63,740 bases of DNA, filler included, from Craspedostauros australis (GCA_030167865.1; 4 parts of 4 records of this genome joined end to end with filler, not necessarily neighbours in it), one strand, 5' to 3'; shown: positions 40,021 to 51,734, counted from the whole stretch's first letter. Program-made: numbers and translations. The notes: generated by a model not told the origin, from the sequence alone.

Positions 40021-40330
40021 ACCAAACAGCCCATGGCACATCTCGTACCCCTGTGCAGCACTCAAAGCATACTCCATGCCTACACGCACGTACCAGGAGG
40101 AACAAGTTTTAATTCTAATCAAAGTGCTTCTACGCTACCATACGGTACAAAGCGGCCACCTGCATCCTTGTCGACCGATGCCCACGTTTGGCTTACGCGT
40201 TGGCGCGCCTGATCTTCTGTGAACAACGGCAACCCTAAACAGGATCGGTAATCAATGACACCAAGTAACTCAAGAGCACAATACTAGTATGATTCTATGC
40301 GCCGCATGCTCAATTATACTGGCATACTAC

Positions 40331-42376
40331 TCAAAACATGGCATCATTGAGCTTCTTGACCGTTGCAGGTATGTCATCTGATCCCGTGATTGCCCCGATC
40401 ACTGCCACGGAGTCGGCACCGGCTTGTCGATTCTTCAGGGCGGCATCGTCATCCCCAATGCCGCCAATCGTCATGAAGGGGATGCTGTCTGGGATGAGTT
40501 CGCGCCATTTGGCTACCGTGCGCAAACCCTGCGGGTCGAACTTGAGCTTCTTGCTGGACGTGGCGAAGATAGGTCCCATGCTGATGTACGATGGCTTAAT
40601 CCCGAGCGCTGCAGCCAATTCACCGTAGGAATGGGTGGAGACGCCAAGAGCGATGCCCTGCAACTTGAGCATCTCCAGTCCGCCATTGTCGTGCAGGCCG
40701 ACCAGATCTTCCTGTCCGACGTGGACACCGAACGAACCAGCCTCGATTGCCAGCTTCCAATAATCATTGACCCATAACCGGATGCCAGCTTCGCTGCATA
40801 TCTTTTGGCTGGCTTTCACCATCTCGAGCAATTTGGCTGGGTCCTTCTCGCCTTTTATTCTCAGCTGGATGTCCTCGATACCCTCGACCACGGACAGCTT
40901 CTCGATCCATTCGACGCTGTTCACGATCGGGAATATCCGTCCAAGTGTTGGCAATGGCAATAGCATTGGCTCGACATCTGTATCAACCGTATGAGTTGCG
41001 GCGCTGCCAATATCATCCGCAACAGCCTCCGCAACAGCCTCCGCAACCGCATCAGCAGTCTCATCATTCGAAGACTCAGAGTCACGGTTGCGCTGCTGGT
41101 CGAACGATGTCATGGGAATGAAACCGCTGACATCGTCACGAGGGTCGCTGACAATGGATGGGAAGTCTTCGCTCGATGCAGGGAAAACCGTTTGGACGAC
41201 TGGGCCAGGGCCCTGACCAAGCTGAACGCCGCGTTGGATTCCGGCAGAGACGTACGCCTTGGCGAGGCAGCATGCATCGATCATCTCGATGGCGCTCGTG
41301 GCACCTTGCGGTTCTCCAAGCTCGTCCCGCCGTTTGTGCTCGCCCAGCGCGAGCGCGGCTGCCATGGCGGAAGATAGCGTGCAGCCCGTGCCGTGCGTGT
41401 CCTCCGAATCCCACCGCGGGCAGCGAAGCCAAACGCCCCTTTCGCCATCGCACAGTCGCTCATCAGCCTTGGCGATCGGTGCTTCGCCGTCCCCCAAAGT
41501 AGACATGAAGTAATCCTGTGCAAATCGCAACGTACTCTCCACGTTGCTGATGGTGTCGGCGTCCACATCGCTGTCGGAGGGATCTTTGTCATTGCGCTCG
41601 ATGAGGGTGTGGCCACCCTTGATGAGCACAGCCTTGCATCCCATCGCAATGATATCACGGGCGGCCTGTTCGATGTCTTCCGGCGTCGACAGCCGCCTTC
41701 CCAGTAGAGCTTCAGCTTCGAATTTGTTCGGCGTGACCACATCCACATGGGGGAAGACTTCCTTGATCATGGTTTGCACCGTCTCATCACCGATGAGATT
41801 GTGCCCTGACGTGGATATCATGACGGGGTCCAGAACCACCCAGACCTTGCGATCCGCTCGGATTCGCTTCAGGAAGTTGGATACCGTCATGGCAACATCC
41901 TTGCTGCCCAGCATTCCAATCTTGACTGCCATTGGCGGCAGATCGTCGGTCAGCGCATCGAGCTGCTGCTGCAGAAAGTCAGTTGGCGGTGTGTGCACAC
42001 CGGACACACCCTGTGAGTTTTGCGCCGTCAAGGACGTGATGGCGGAGCATCCGTGACACCCGAAGGCGTGGATCGCATGCAGGTCGGCCTGTATGCCAGC
42101 ACCGCCGCCCGAATCCGAGCCCGCGATGGTGTAGACGATGGGGACCGGCGTCAAGGTGGTGGCCTCACCATCATCGTTGGCGGTTGCCGCAGATCGCACC
42201 CAAGGTTGGGAGGTTGCACGGCTTTGGCGGCCAAAGATGCGCTGAGCGCCGCCAGACCCCACGGATAGAGAGCACGAAGATCTGGCGATGAAGATCGATG
42301 CGCACAACGCAAGGAAGCACCTTTTTGTCGGGACCCTCATCAGTGCGCTCGAATTCAGTCTATTCATCAACGACAT
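40331..42376 (-). CDS. thiDE: Bifunctional HMP/HMP-P kinase - thiamine-phosphate synthase (ThiD-ThiE fusion), intronless, with N-terminal targeting extension
   Basis: TIAGSDSGGGAGIQADL, VKIGML, VLDPVM, TPNKFEA, THGTGCTLSSA (ThiD); IQLRIK, VNDYW, GVHVGQEDL, GVSTHS, YISMGPIFATSSK (ThiE). Confidence 0.93.
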   Translation of the reverse strand: MSLMNRLNSSALMRVPTKRCFLALCASIFIARSSCSLSVGSGGAQRIFGRQSRATSQPWVRSAATANDDGEATTLTPVPIVYTIAGSDSGGGAGIQADLHAIHAFGCHGCSAITSLTAQNSQGVSGVHTPPTDFLQQQLDALTDDLPPMAVKIGMLGSKDVAMTVSNFLKRIRADRKVWVVLDPVMISTSGHNLIGDETVQTMIKEVFPHVDVVTPNKFEAEALLGRRLSTPEDIEQAARDIIAMGCKAVLIKGGHTLIERNDKDPSDSDVDADTISNVESTLRFAQDYFMSTLGDGEAPIAKADERLCDGERGVWLRCPRWDSEDTHGTGCTLSSAMAAALALGEHKRRDELGEPQGATSAIEMIDACCLAKAYVSAGIQRGVQLGQGPGPVVQTVFPASSEDFPSIVSDPRDDVSGFIPMTSFDQQRNRDSESSNDETADAVAEAVAEAVADDIGSAATHTVDTDVEPMLLPLPTLGRIFPIVNSVEWIEKLSVVEGIEDIQLRIKGEKDPAKLLEMVKASQKICSEAGIRLWVNDYWKLAIEAGSFGVHVGQEDLVGLHDNGGLEMLKLQGIALGVSTHSYGELAAALGIKPSYISMGPIFATSSKKLKFDPQGLRTVAKWRELIPDSIPFMTIGGIGDDDAALKNRQAGADSVAVIGAITGSDDIPATVKKLNDAMF

Positions 42377-42943
42377 GGTGCGTGGTCACTGCCGCGCGCT
42401 TCCAACGTTGATATCGATTTCGGTGACTTTGTTGCAAGTGTTGCCAATGTTGTCGTTCGCTTGCTGAATTGAGAGAAGAAGTCGAAAATCATGGGCACTG
42501 GCGATGGACGTGAACGCCAGAGGTGGTTGGGATGCCGATGGCGTTTGTTGGCCAGGATCGCTGTTTGATGGATTGCCAAGTGCGTGTTCATTTCTTTGCA
42601 GATCTTTTGTCTTGTTGTCGTTGGAGTCGATTGATTGACGGATCTTTTTGTTGTTGTTGTCGGCATCATTTCCACTCATGACTGGACGTATCAAACAGGA
42701 CTGCCACAAGGATGACGAATCCACACATCACATCGTGTCTCCTGACCCGTCTTGATGTTGGTCACAAGACCAACAACACAATCCACCGATACGCGTACAT
42801 GCGACCTGGCTCGTACCATACATACTACCTATAGTCGTACTCCACATCCAACAATCCTACTCTGCTCCATTACAGCACACCCATACGACTACTCGCACCT
42901 ACTCCATCCATTTCATCGTCAGTGATTAGCCGAGATCGACGAA

Positions 42944-43798
42944 ATGAGGCTCCTAATTCTGCATGCAACATTAGCAACGCTGATATCGTTGCTGTGCCTG
43001 TCAGGACAGTGGGTCTCCGCAATGGCCGCACCCAACGTCATTGTCGTCGGAGGAAGCTCGGGAATGGGAAAGGCGGCTGCGTTGGCGACAGTGCAGAAGG
43101 GTGGCAAGGTCATGCTCGTGAGCCGTTCGTCTGACAAGCTGGAGAAGGCAAGGGAAGAGCTGCTGTCGAAGATCCCCGACGCATCCATCGCGACGCAAGT
43201 CTTGGACGCGTCCGATGAAGCGGCGGTCGCAGAGTTTGCAGACTCGCTGGAGGAGAGCAGTTGGGATGGACTGGTGATCTCCGCGGCCGGGAAAGCACCG
43301 CATGGTCCCATGACGAGCCTCGCCACATCCGACGCGCGCGACATGATGGAGACGAAGGTGTGGACGGCATACCACTGCGCGAAGCACATCTCTGTCAAGC
43401 TCAATGAGGGCGGCTCCGTCACGTTCGTCGCCGGCATCCTCAACAGGAGACCTGGAATGAACTGCTCCCCTCTCGCCATGGCCAACGGCGCCCTGGAGGG
43501 TCTGACGCGGTCGTTGGCATTGGAATGGGGCCCTCGACTTCGTGTCAACTGCCTCTCGCCCGGATTCTGCGACACCGAGAGGTTTGATCACCTCAGCGAA
43601 GAACGGAAGGCAAGCATGTTCGCAAACACTGCAGGGTCTTTGCCTCTGCAAAAGGTCGGCCAGCCAAGCGACATGGGTGACGCGATCTACTACCTTGCAA
43701 CCGCCCCCTTCACTACGGGCGTCATCCTTGATGTTGATGGTGGACATGGCATTAGACAGTACGCAAATCCGCAGAATGATCCCATGCGAAAGCAATAG
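42944..43798 (+). CDS. Short-chain dehydrogenase/reductase, atypical; possible signal peptide (alternative start at 43022)
   Basis: VVGGSSGMGKA Rossmann motif, LDASDE, ANGALEGLTRSLALE, RVNCLSPG, TTGVILDVDGG. Confidence 0.88.
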   Translation: MRLLILHATLATLISLLCLSGQWVSAMAAPNVIVVGGSSGMGKAAALATVQKGGKVMLVSRSSDKLEKAREELLSKIPDASIATQVLDASDEAAVAEFADSLEESSWDGLVISAAGKAPHGPMTSLATSDARDMMETKVWTAYHCAKHISVKLNEGGSVTFVAGILNRRPGMNCSPLAMANGALEGLTRSLALEWGPRLRVNCLSPGFCDTERFDHLSEERKASMFANTAGSLPLQKVGQPSDMGDAIYYLATAPFTTGVILDVDGGHGIRQYANPQNDPMRKQ

Positions 43799-44235
43799 AG
43801 CCGCGTCACTTTCTTCTGAAGGGAGCACCGATTGACGAGGAGATAGAGGCAAAGGTGCTCGTGCGCAAGTGCGACTGTCGAGTGGAGCAGCCAGTTGCCG
43901 GTGAACTGTACGACTACGCATGCTCCTCTCCTCTATTCCACTCTGGAGGTTTGTGTTCGCAATAGTCGAAGTGGTCGAATAAGCCAAGAACGACTGACAG
44001 AGATTTTCTCTGATGGATGATTGGGAGTTACGGTAATAGCACATATGTCGACAAATATTGCACGGCACCTGGTAGACTTGGAAGCAATGCAGACAGGTTC
44101 AACACAAATCATTTCTGGATCATCAGGGCAGTCTCAATCTCGATCTCAATGTCTCCGCTCCATTCTTCTCGATTAGTACTCCTCGGAAAGTTTGCAGGTG
44201 GCACTTGTTTGTTTGTTTGTCTGTTTTGTTACTCT

Positions 44236-47200
44236 CTAGTTGCTGGCATTGTCGTACTTGGCCAACTGACTCCGGGCATGCATCAGGCGGCTGGATTCGG
44301 TGCGGACGCTGTCGGGCACGGCCAAAGGCGCAGGCTGGTTCGCGTTGTGCGATGCGGTTGCCTCATCCGTCTTGTCTGTGTCTTCGTCGGATGTTGTTGC
44401 TGTTGGTGGTGTTGCTGGGGCAAGCCGTCTTCTAATCGGCGGTGCGGACTCCAGCTTGTCGGCCGTGAGCTTGAGCAGCTTCGTGGCGAATCGACTTCCA
44501 GTCATAACCAGACCGAGCCGTCTGTCCCAGAACTTCTGCGCCAAGATCGTGGACAACTGTAGCAGATCGTTGGGTTGGAGTTCGGACAGATCCACGGTCT
44601 GCCCATTGGCTGCGGCCTGCTTTTGCAGCAGATCGACCAACCGTCTCGTCGTTTCGACGGTCTTGTGGTCAAGTTCGCTCATCTCCACCAACGACGACTG
44701 TCGGAAGAGACCGAGCGGATCCACGATGGTTCCCAACACTGTGCGACCTCCTGGCAACGTTCCAGAATTCTGACGCACGCCCGACCACACGGACCGCGAT
44801 GCGGATGTGGCGATCTTAGCAAGCTGCTCCAGCAGGATGTCCTGTACCGGCGACTCCTCCTCAGTGAACACAATATCCAGCAGGTAATCAGCGGCGGTTT
44901 CAAGGGTCTGCACGGCAGTGACATTCTGTTGTCCCAGCATGGCACCGGACGCCGAAGTCGTGTAGTTGCCAAAGCCGGTGACGAGCTGTTCGACTCGGTC
45001 GATATCGACAATGCGTGTGTCGACATTGGATTTGTCTGGGCCGAAAATGAAGGTCGACAGGGCTGGTCCCATCTGCGACTTGTCCGTCAACAAACGCTTG
45101 GACACGTATGGCAAGCATTCGTTAATGATGCTGTACTTGTCGTCGTTGGACAGTCCGATGCCCTCCAACACGGAGAATGACTTGGCAATGTACGCACTGT
45201 GCGGGCGACAAATAATAAGTCGTAGAGTCGCCATTGAGATCAATGATTGGCAAAATATGGAGCAAATAGCACAGGTGGTGAGAAAAGAGAAGGAATCGAG
45301 GCTGAACAGAACAGAGCAGAGCGACGAGCGCAGCGATCGTGACATGCGACGCAAGCGACGTGCCGCATGGATTTGCGATTGTACTTACACTGGAGGAATG
45401 AGGAAGATTGGATGCAGTTGGCGAAAGTGGAATGAAAGGAAGGAGAAAGTATGCATGTTGATGGGTGAGCGAGTCGAATCAGAAGGAATCAATCAATCAA
45501 TCAATCAAACAAACAAACAAACAAACAAACAAACAAACAAACAAACAAACAAACAAACAAACGCGAGCGATGGTACCAAAAAGAAAACGAACATGGGCAC
45601 CATGCAAGCATGCATGCACACTTACAGTAGGGTGGGATTTGGAACAGATTTCCTTTCTCAGCCGTCAGATCCTGCAGCTGGGAGATGACCTTGTTGACGT
45701 TGATGGCGGCAACGCCACCACCCGTGCTCCAGGCACCGTAAATGTCGGCCAAGAGCTCGACGACGCCGCTGTCCTCGATCAGGTCCGCCTTGTCCTTCGG
45801 GATGAAGCCGAGCAGCAGAAGATCCCTGGGAATCTCGGCGTAATCGGCGGATGTGAGATGTGCCATATGCTCAATGAGGGTGAGCTGCAGATTGGAGTCG
45901 AGACGCGTGACCATGCCCCAATCCAAGACGCACAGTTTGCCCTCCGTAGTGCGCAGCAGGTTGCCGGGGTGAGGATCGCAATGCAGCAATCCAATTTCGA
46001 GCATCATCGTGAGGTAGGTGTTCATGGCGATGCTGCAGAGGACGGTGATGTCTTCGTTGCTGCTCTTATCGAGACGCTCACCGTCGACCCATTCCGTGAC
46101 GAGTACCTTGCCGGTCGACAGCTCCTCGACGACATCGGGTGCCAGCACGACATCCTTCAACGGTGTCTCCTGGATCTTCTCCATGAAATCCTGCGCGTTC
46201 TTGGCTTCCTGCAAATAGTCCAATTCATCCACGAATCCTGATCCCCACGCATCGACCGTTCCGGTGGTGTCGGTGTTGAGATTGAAGGTGTTCTTGGCGA
46301 TGGGTGCAAATTCCCGCAGCAGGTGCATGTCGAGGGCGACCTGGTTCATGATGTTGGGACGCTGCACCTTGATGGCGATCTCGCGCCCGTCCATCATGGT
46401 GGCCTTGTAGACCTGTCCCAAGGAGGCAGCGGCGACTGGTTCGTCGGAGATGGTCTTGAGGACCGAATCCACGGAGCGACCGCCCCATTCCTTCTGCAGG
46501 ATTTCACGTCCGATGTCGGAATCGAACGCCTTGACCTGATCCTGCAAGCTGGACAGTCCGCGCACGTAAGCTGGGCTGAGCAGGTCTGTTCGGATCGAAA
46601 GCGATTGGCCGACTGTGATGTACAAGTGTGATTCAGATGGACAGTGATGAGAATGAAGTCGAGAAAGTGGGTGATGTTCGATGAATGGATGTATGGCATT
46701 GTGGGACGACAAAATGTGAGGGACATGTCTCTTGGAAACGTCTTTGTGTCATGCAAGGGGGGTTGAAACTGAACATCAGGAAACATCAGTGGTATGTGCT
46801 TGCACAACATTACTGAACCGCAATCTCGCAACATGATCAACAAGGCAGAAACACTCGAATTGCATTGCATCGTATCACGACGTACTCTTGATAAAGGTTG
46901 GCCCCAACTTCGTGAGTAGCTCCGCCAACTGGAATGCACGCTTCTCCTCGTTGACCGCAATTTCATCCTTGAGCTTGTCCTGCAGCAGCGACAGACCGAA
47001 CCTGGCCGATTGCAGGGCAATGCCGATGCTGCGTGCCAGCACTTCCCCCACCCTCGGCTTGAAGTACAGACGCGCCGATTCCGGATCGTAGCGATTGGTG
47101 GGATACGGTCGCAGAGGTGTTTCCTCATTGTCACCGCCCGATGCCACCACGACGATCGAAAAGGCGACAACGGAAGAGGTGAGCAGCAGCACGGCCGGAT

Positions 47201-47687
47201 CGATGCCCGCCGAAGTGATCGCCGCCGAGATGGATTCCACGAGATTGGCATACTGCACTTCGAAGCCCGGATAGTTGGCCTTGAGGTACTGATCGAACTG
47301 AGACGAAACAGCCGTTACCAGTTCATTGGCCACGTCCACAAGTTCGGCTGTCTCCAGCAGCGATTGCACGAGCTGCAGCATCATCGCAAGTTTGGTCTGA
47401 AGGAACGTGGAGACGATGTCGTTGATGGCATGCACGACGTTGGACAGCTGCATCACGGCCACATCCTTCGATGCGATGGCATCTGCGACGGAAAGTCCCA
47501 ATGCGGATGCGCTGTTTTGTGATTGTGAGGGTGATGTGGTCAAGACCGAAGGCCCGACATTCCTTGCCGGGATGCTATTGGTGCCATGTCTTGGAACCAC
47601 GAAGGCGCTGCACGATGTCGACGATGGCGCAGCCGACTGCTGGAAGGCCAGCAGCAGGAATGCCGCTTGCGGAATCGATAGCTTCAT
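44236..47687 (-). CDS. ABC1/UbiB atypical kinase, plastid-targeted; exons 47687-46886, 46612-45626, 45389 (1 nt), 45196-44236
   Basis: LGPTFIK|IGQSLSIRTDL, VAAASLGQVY, IAIKVQRP, ELDY, LHCDPHPGNLL, LDWGM, FQIPPY-F-AYIAKSFSVLEGIG; CSA-FVV plastid motif. All introns are GT-AG. Confidence 0.9.
45487..45562. repeat. Compound (AATC)n(AAAC)n microsatellite inside the ABC1 kinase intron
   Basis: Directly visible; reads (GTTT)n(GATT)n on the transcribed strand. Confidence 0.9.
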
Positions 47688-48794
47688 TTTTGTTGCGTGT
47701 GTGTGTGCACGTGCCTATGTGTGCGTATGTGTGTGTGTGTTTGTCAACGTGTTGTGCGAGAAAGGTAGAGCAGGGTACTCCCCCAAGATCGTGTATGAAT
47801 TATGTGACTATTACTCTATCCTCTGAGGTCCTCGGGATGTTGCTTGTGGCGATCGTCACGCAGTTGGGATTGTGTGGCCGTGTTGAACAAGTGCAATGTT
47901 CGACGGGCTGCGATGAGTATTGCCAATCGTATCATGGGCATTCCTCCTCGCGCCCCCACACAAACCAGTTCAACAACGAGAACAGCAACAACGCAGAAAC
48001 GAGAATGGATGAAGAATCCACGCTCCCACGTTACACCATCATCCACCATCGTCACTGATGAGCTGAGGTGTTTTGTTCTTTTTGCGTTTTGCGTCGGCGA
48101 AGTGGTCGGATGATTCAGACATGGTGGCAATACGGGATTCATGGACTCGTGATTGTTCGCCGCCAACACGGACAGACAAGACGCTGTTTTGATAGGCCGA
48201 TACGAGAAACACGATTGGGTTGAGAATCGGATGCATTCTGGTTGGTCTTGATCCGACCAACAATCTTGTGGGAAAAAACGAACGACTGCCTATGTCGCAG
48301 TTGAGTCATCATCCATAATTGTTGGTTGTCACAGGACATGCACGAGTGCGGTCATTCTGGCTGTGTGGGAACGGAGAATCCATTCGATTGATTTTCGCTG
48401 CGTTTGCCGCACAGGAAGCGAGAAGGCGTTCCTCTCTCGATCTCTCTCTCGATCTCTCCTCGATGATGCCGTTGTGCACAAACAGAGAGCGAAAGAGAGA
48501 GGATCGCCTCTTCATCTCCGACGATACTCTTCACATCCATCGCTTGCGCCATAGATCATATAATAGATCATACCTACCACGTATACCATTGGTGCTCATA
48601 CTGTACATACTCCAAGAGAGATCGTTCGTTGAAGGGAGCACCGTTGACTGCTGAGGTTCGTTTGCGGGACAGGAAGCAAGGCAAAGCAAGATACAACAGA
48701 TTGGGAGAGTCGCAGAGTGGCAGAGCGGCGAAGGATTGGAATAGCTCTGCACCATACCAACCATACAAACCATACAAACCATACACGAAACAAG

Positions 48795-51356
48795 ATGAAG
48801 ACGAGTTGGAGAAGGCAGAGGCGTTCCTCGATGATGACCATGACGATGACGTCGCTGCTGGTCATGCTGGGTGTTGGCATGATGGCAATGAGCAAGATCC
48901 CTGCCGCCAGCGCCCAGACACCCAGCGACCCTCCTGTGTCAATCGCCAAGTTCGTGGAAGACACGGAGCAGCTCTCCACGCTCCGCACGATGCTGCAGGG
49001 ATTGGGCATCTCGCCCAGCGATGCGCAGACCCTGCTCGCGCTCAACAACGCCGCCTTCGACAGGTGGAAGACCAGCGATCCGATTATGTACCATCGCTAC
49101 AGCAAGGACGCCTTCTTCATCCACAGGCGCCTTCTCATGCTGTGGCACTTCGTGGACGAGGACGTCCTCACGCAGGATCAGATCTTCGACGGCGCCAGGA
49201 CCAAGCTGCAGAACATGGTGGGCGAAATCAACGTGCGCCCGGTGCAGCAGACGCTGGACGGCGTGCCGAGAGCGGCCATGGTTGCCACCAACAGGGCCAT
49301 GACGGACGGCATGGTGCACGTCCTGAACCAGATCATCATCCCTCCCATGCTGCATCTGCCCATGCTCGACCGCATGTTCCGCGACTTCTCGGACAAGTTC
49401 TCCTTCAACGTCATGGCTAACATCGCCCTCTTTGCCGGCCTCAAGGAGGAGCTCAACAAGATCTACGAGGACGGCCTCACCTTCCTCGTGCCACCCAATC
49501 GCCGTTTCAATCGTGCCGAAATCGATGTGCCCACCTTGCTGCACGAGGACTCCAAGGACTACACCCGCGCCTTCGTCCTGTGTCACATGCTGCCTGGCAA
49601 TCAATTCTTCGACACCGTCAAGGCGCGTCACGCGGCCAAGAACACGGAGCAGGACTTCATTGTCACCATGCTCGGCACCCACATATGGATCACCACGACG
49701 GATGAGAAGTTCCGATTCCAATCCAGCGAAGTGCTGCTGCAGGATCAGGTGACTAAGAATGGGTGAGTCGTTGGGAATGCACTCATCTTGTGTGTGGATG
49801 CACCCATATGAATTATATTGCGCTGCTGGGTCTCATGCAACCGCTACCTTTCCTGTGTGCGTGATATGGTCGGTGCTAACGGCATTACCTTGGAGTGCTG
49901 TTGCTCACGCAATGCGTGGTAAATGCTTTGGGCCTCCTACAGACGTTCGTTTTTGGAGAGCGTTCCTACTGATCATCGTTTTCATGCTATTGACAATCAT
50001 CCTTCGTCATCTCACCTTCGCACAAATCTCCGTCCTCAAATGCCATCTTCGCGCATCTGCGATCATAACACACATGTCATTTCGTACGCAGAGTGTTCCA
50101 TGGATTGGACATGCCGCTGGCACCGCCCAAAGCATCCGACTTTGCTAACTTCATGCGTGTCTCCACGTCGTGGGATACCGAACCCTGCAACAGAATGTTC
50201 GTCGCCTCCGCGTGGACCTCTGAAACCTTCGCGCAGTTGGCCAACGACACCGTCAGCGTGTTCTGCCCGGATGACGCTGCATTTGCCGCCTTCGACCGCG
50301 CCGTGTACGACCGTCTCATCGAGCCAGAGTGGCAGCGTCACTTGAGAGATTTCCTGTCCCACCACATCAGCTCCCCAGCCATGACCATCGCCGACTACTA
50401 CGCCGAGGCTCCAGGCAACATCACCATGTTGAGCGGTGAGACGTACCAGCTCAAACGCAAGGGCACATCCCCCAGGATTGACAAATCGGTGATCCAATTT
50501 GGTGACATGATCTCCACGGACGGGTAAGTTTGGTCTCAGACGAATCAGACGCAATCTCCGGAGTGTGGCGCCTGCTCTGTTCTGCTGGTGCCATCTATGG
50601 TATGCTGCGACCTGTCGTGCGCAACGACTGGCTGACACCAAAGGCAGCAACCAGCGATGTCTGAACTCGCGAGTGTCCTGATCATGCACACACACACATC
50701 AACGGCAAACAAACAAGCAAGCAAGCAAACAAACAGTAGCTCACAATTCCTTTGCTTTCTTCGCTCCCATCACACACCCTACCACTACTCGCACCACGCA
50801 TGCATCCGATTGGATCTGAACCGACCTGATCAACACCAACAGGTACTTCCACATCATCGACAAGGTCCTGGAACCTCCGTCAGTTTCACGAACGCTCTAC
50901 GACCACTGCAAAGAATCAAACCGCACCTACAGCGGCCTCACGCTATTCGCGACGACCGTGGATTACGTGCGCTTGACAGATCTCATCGACCGCGATCTTC
51001 CACTCACGGGCTTCATCCCGTACAACCGAGCATTCCGTCGAATCTCCTACCCAGCACCGAAGGCAAGAGGCATCGTCGAGCAGCACGTCATTCGTGGACT
51101 CTACTACATCGATGTTGTGGCGAAGAGCACAATACTCACGCCGCTGGAAGGTTTCGACATGGGCGTTGAAGTCAAGTACGACAACGTCACAATGGAGGAG
51201 AGCGTCTGGGTTGGAGGGGCGAAGATCATCCAGGAGGAAGTCTACACACGAAACGGCGTGATGCATGTCATCGATAGGGTGATTGGGTTTGACTACGAGA
51301 CCTCCCCACCCACCGTATCCCCGGCGCCAACAATGACGGCCCAGCCAACCGCGTAG
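48795..51356 (+). CDS. Secreted multi-fasciclin (FAS1) domain protein; exons 48795-49762, 50092-50523, 50843-51356
   Basis: Signal peptide; repeated FAS1 H1/H2 motifs (TLLALNNAAF / DGMVHVLNQII; TFLVPPNRRF / NG|VFHGLD; SVFCPDDAAF / DG|YFHIIDKVL; TGFIPYNRAF / NGVMHVIDRVI); two phase-2 GT-AG introns; Pro/Thr-rich tail. Confidence 0.87.
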
Positions 51357-51734
51357 GGACCACCAACGGAGAAACCGGTCTTTCAACCAACACGGGCAGC
51401 AGCGGAGATCGTGCTCGCGGAAGGGCTGATAGCAGCGCCGGATGCATCGAGAACCTGAGAGCGCAGCGACGCTTATGGGCTGCTGTCCACTCAAGCGTGT
51501 TCGTCATGGTTGGTTTGGTCGTCACGAGCAATCGGCTCCGCAAAAACATAAGTCACTGTGACTGTCTCTCTAGAGTTTTCATTTTCATTTCTTTCACTCT
51601 ACTAATACGAGTGCCCGACTTCTATGCTGAACACAACGCCAGCCTCTGAGAGCATGTTGCTTCGCCATTGATGATGCTCGTACTATAGCTCGTACGGTTG
51701 TACTACGTACGGATAGCAGAGTTGTCTCATTTAG

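Noticed and set aside
40021..40330. TPP riboswitch in the thiDE 3' region
   Set aside because: CCTGATC occurs only on the opposite strand, and the CTGAGA and other aptamer core motifs are absent.
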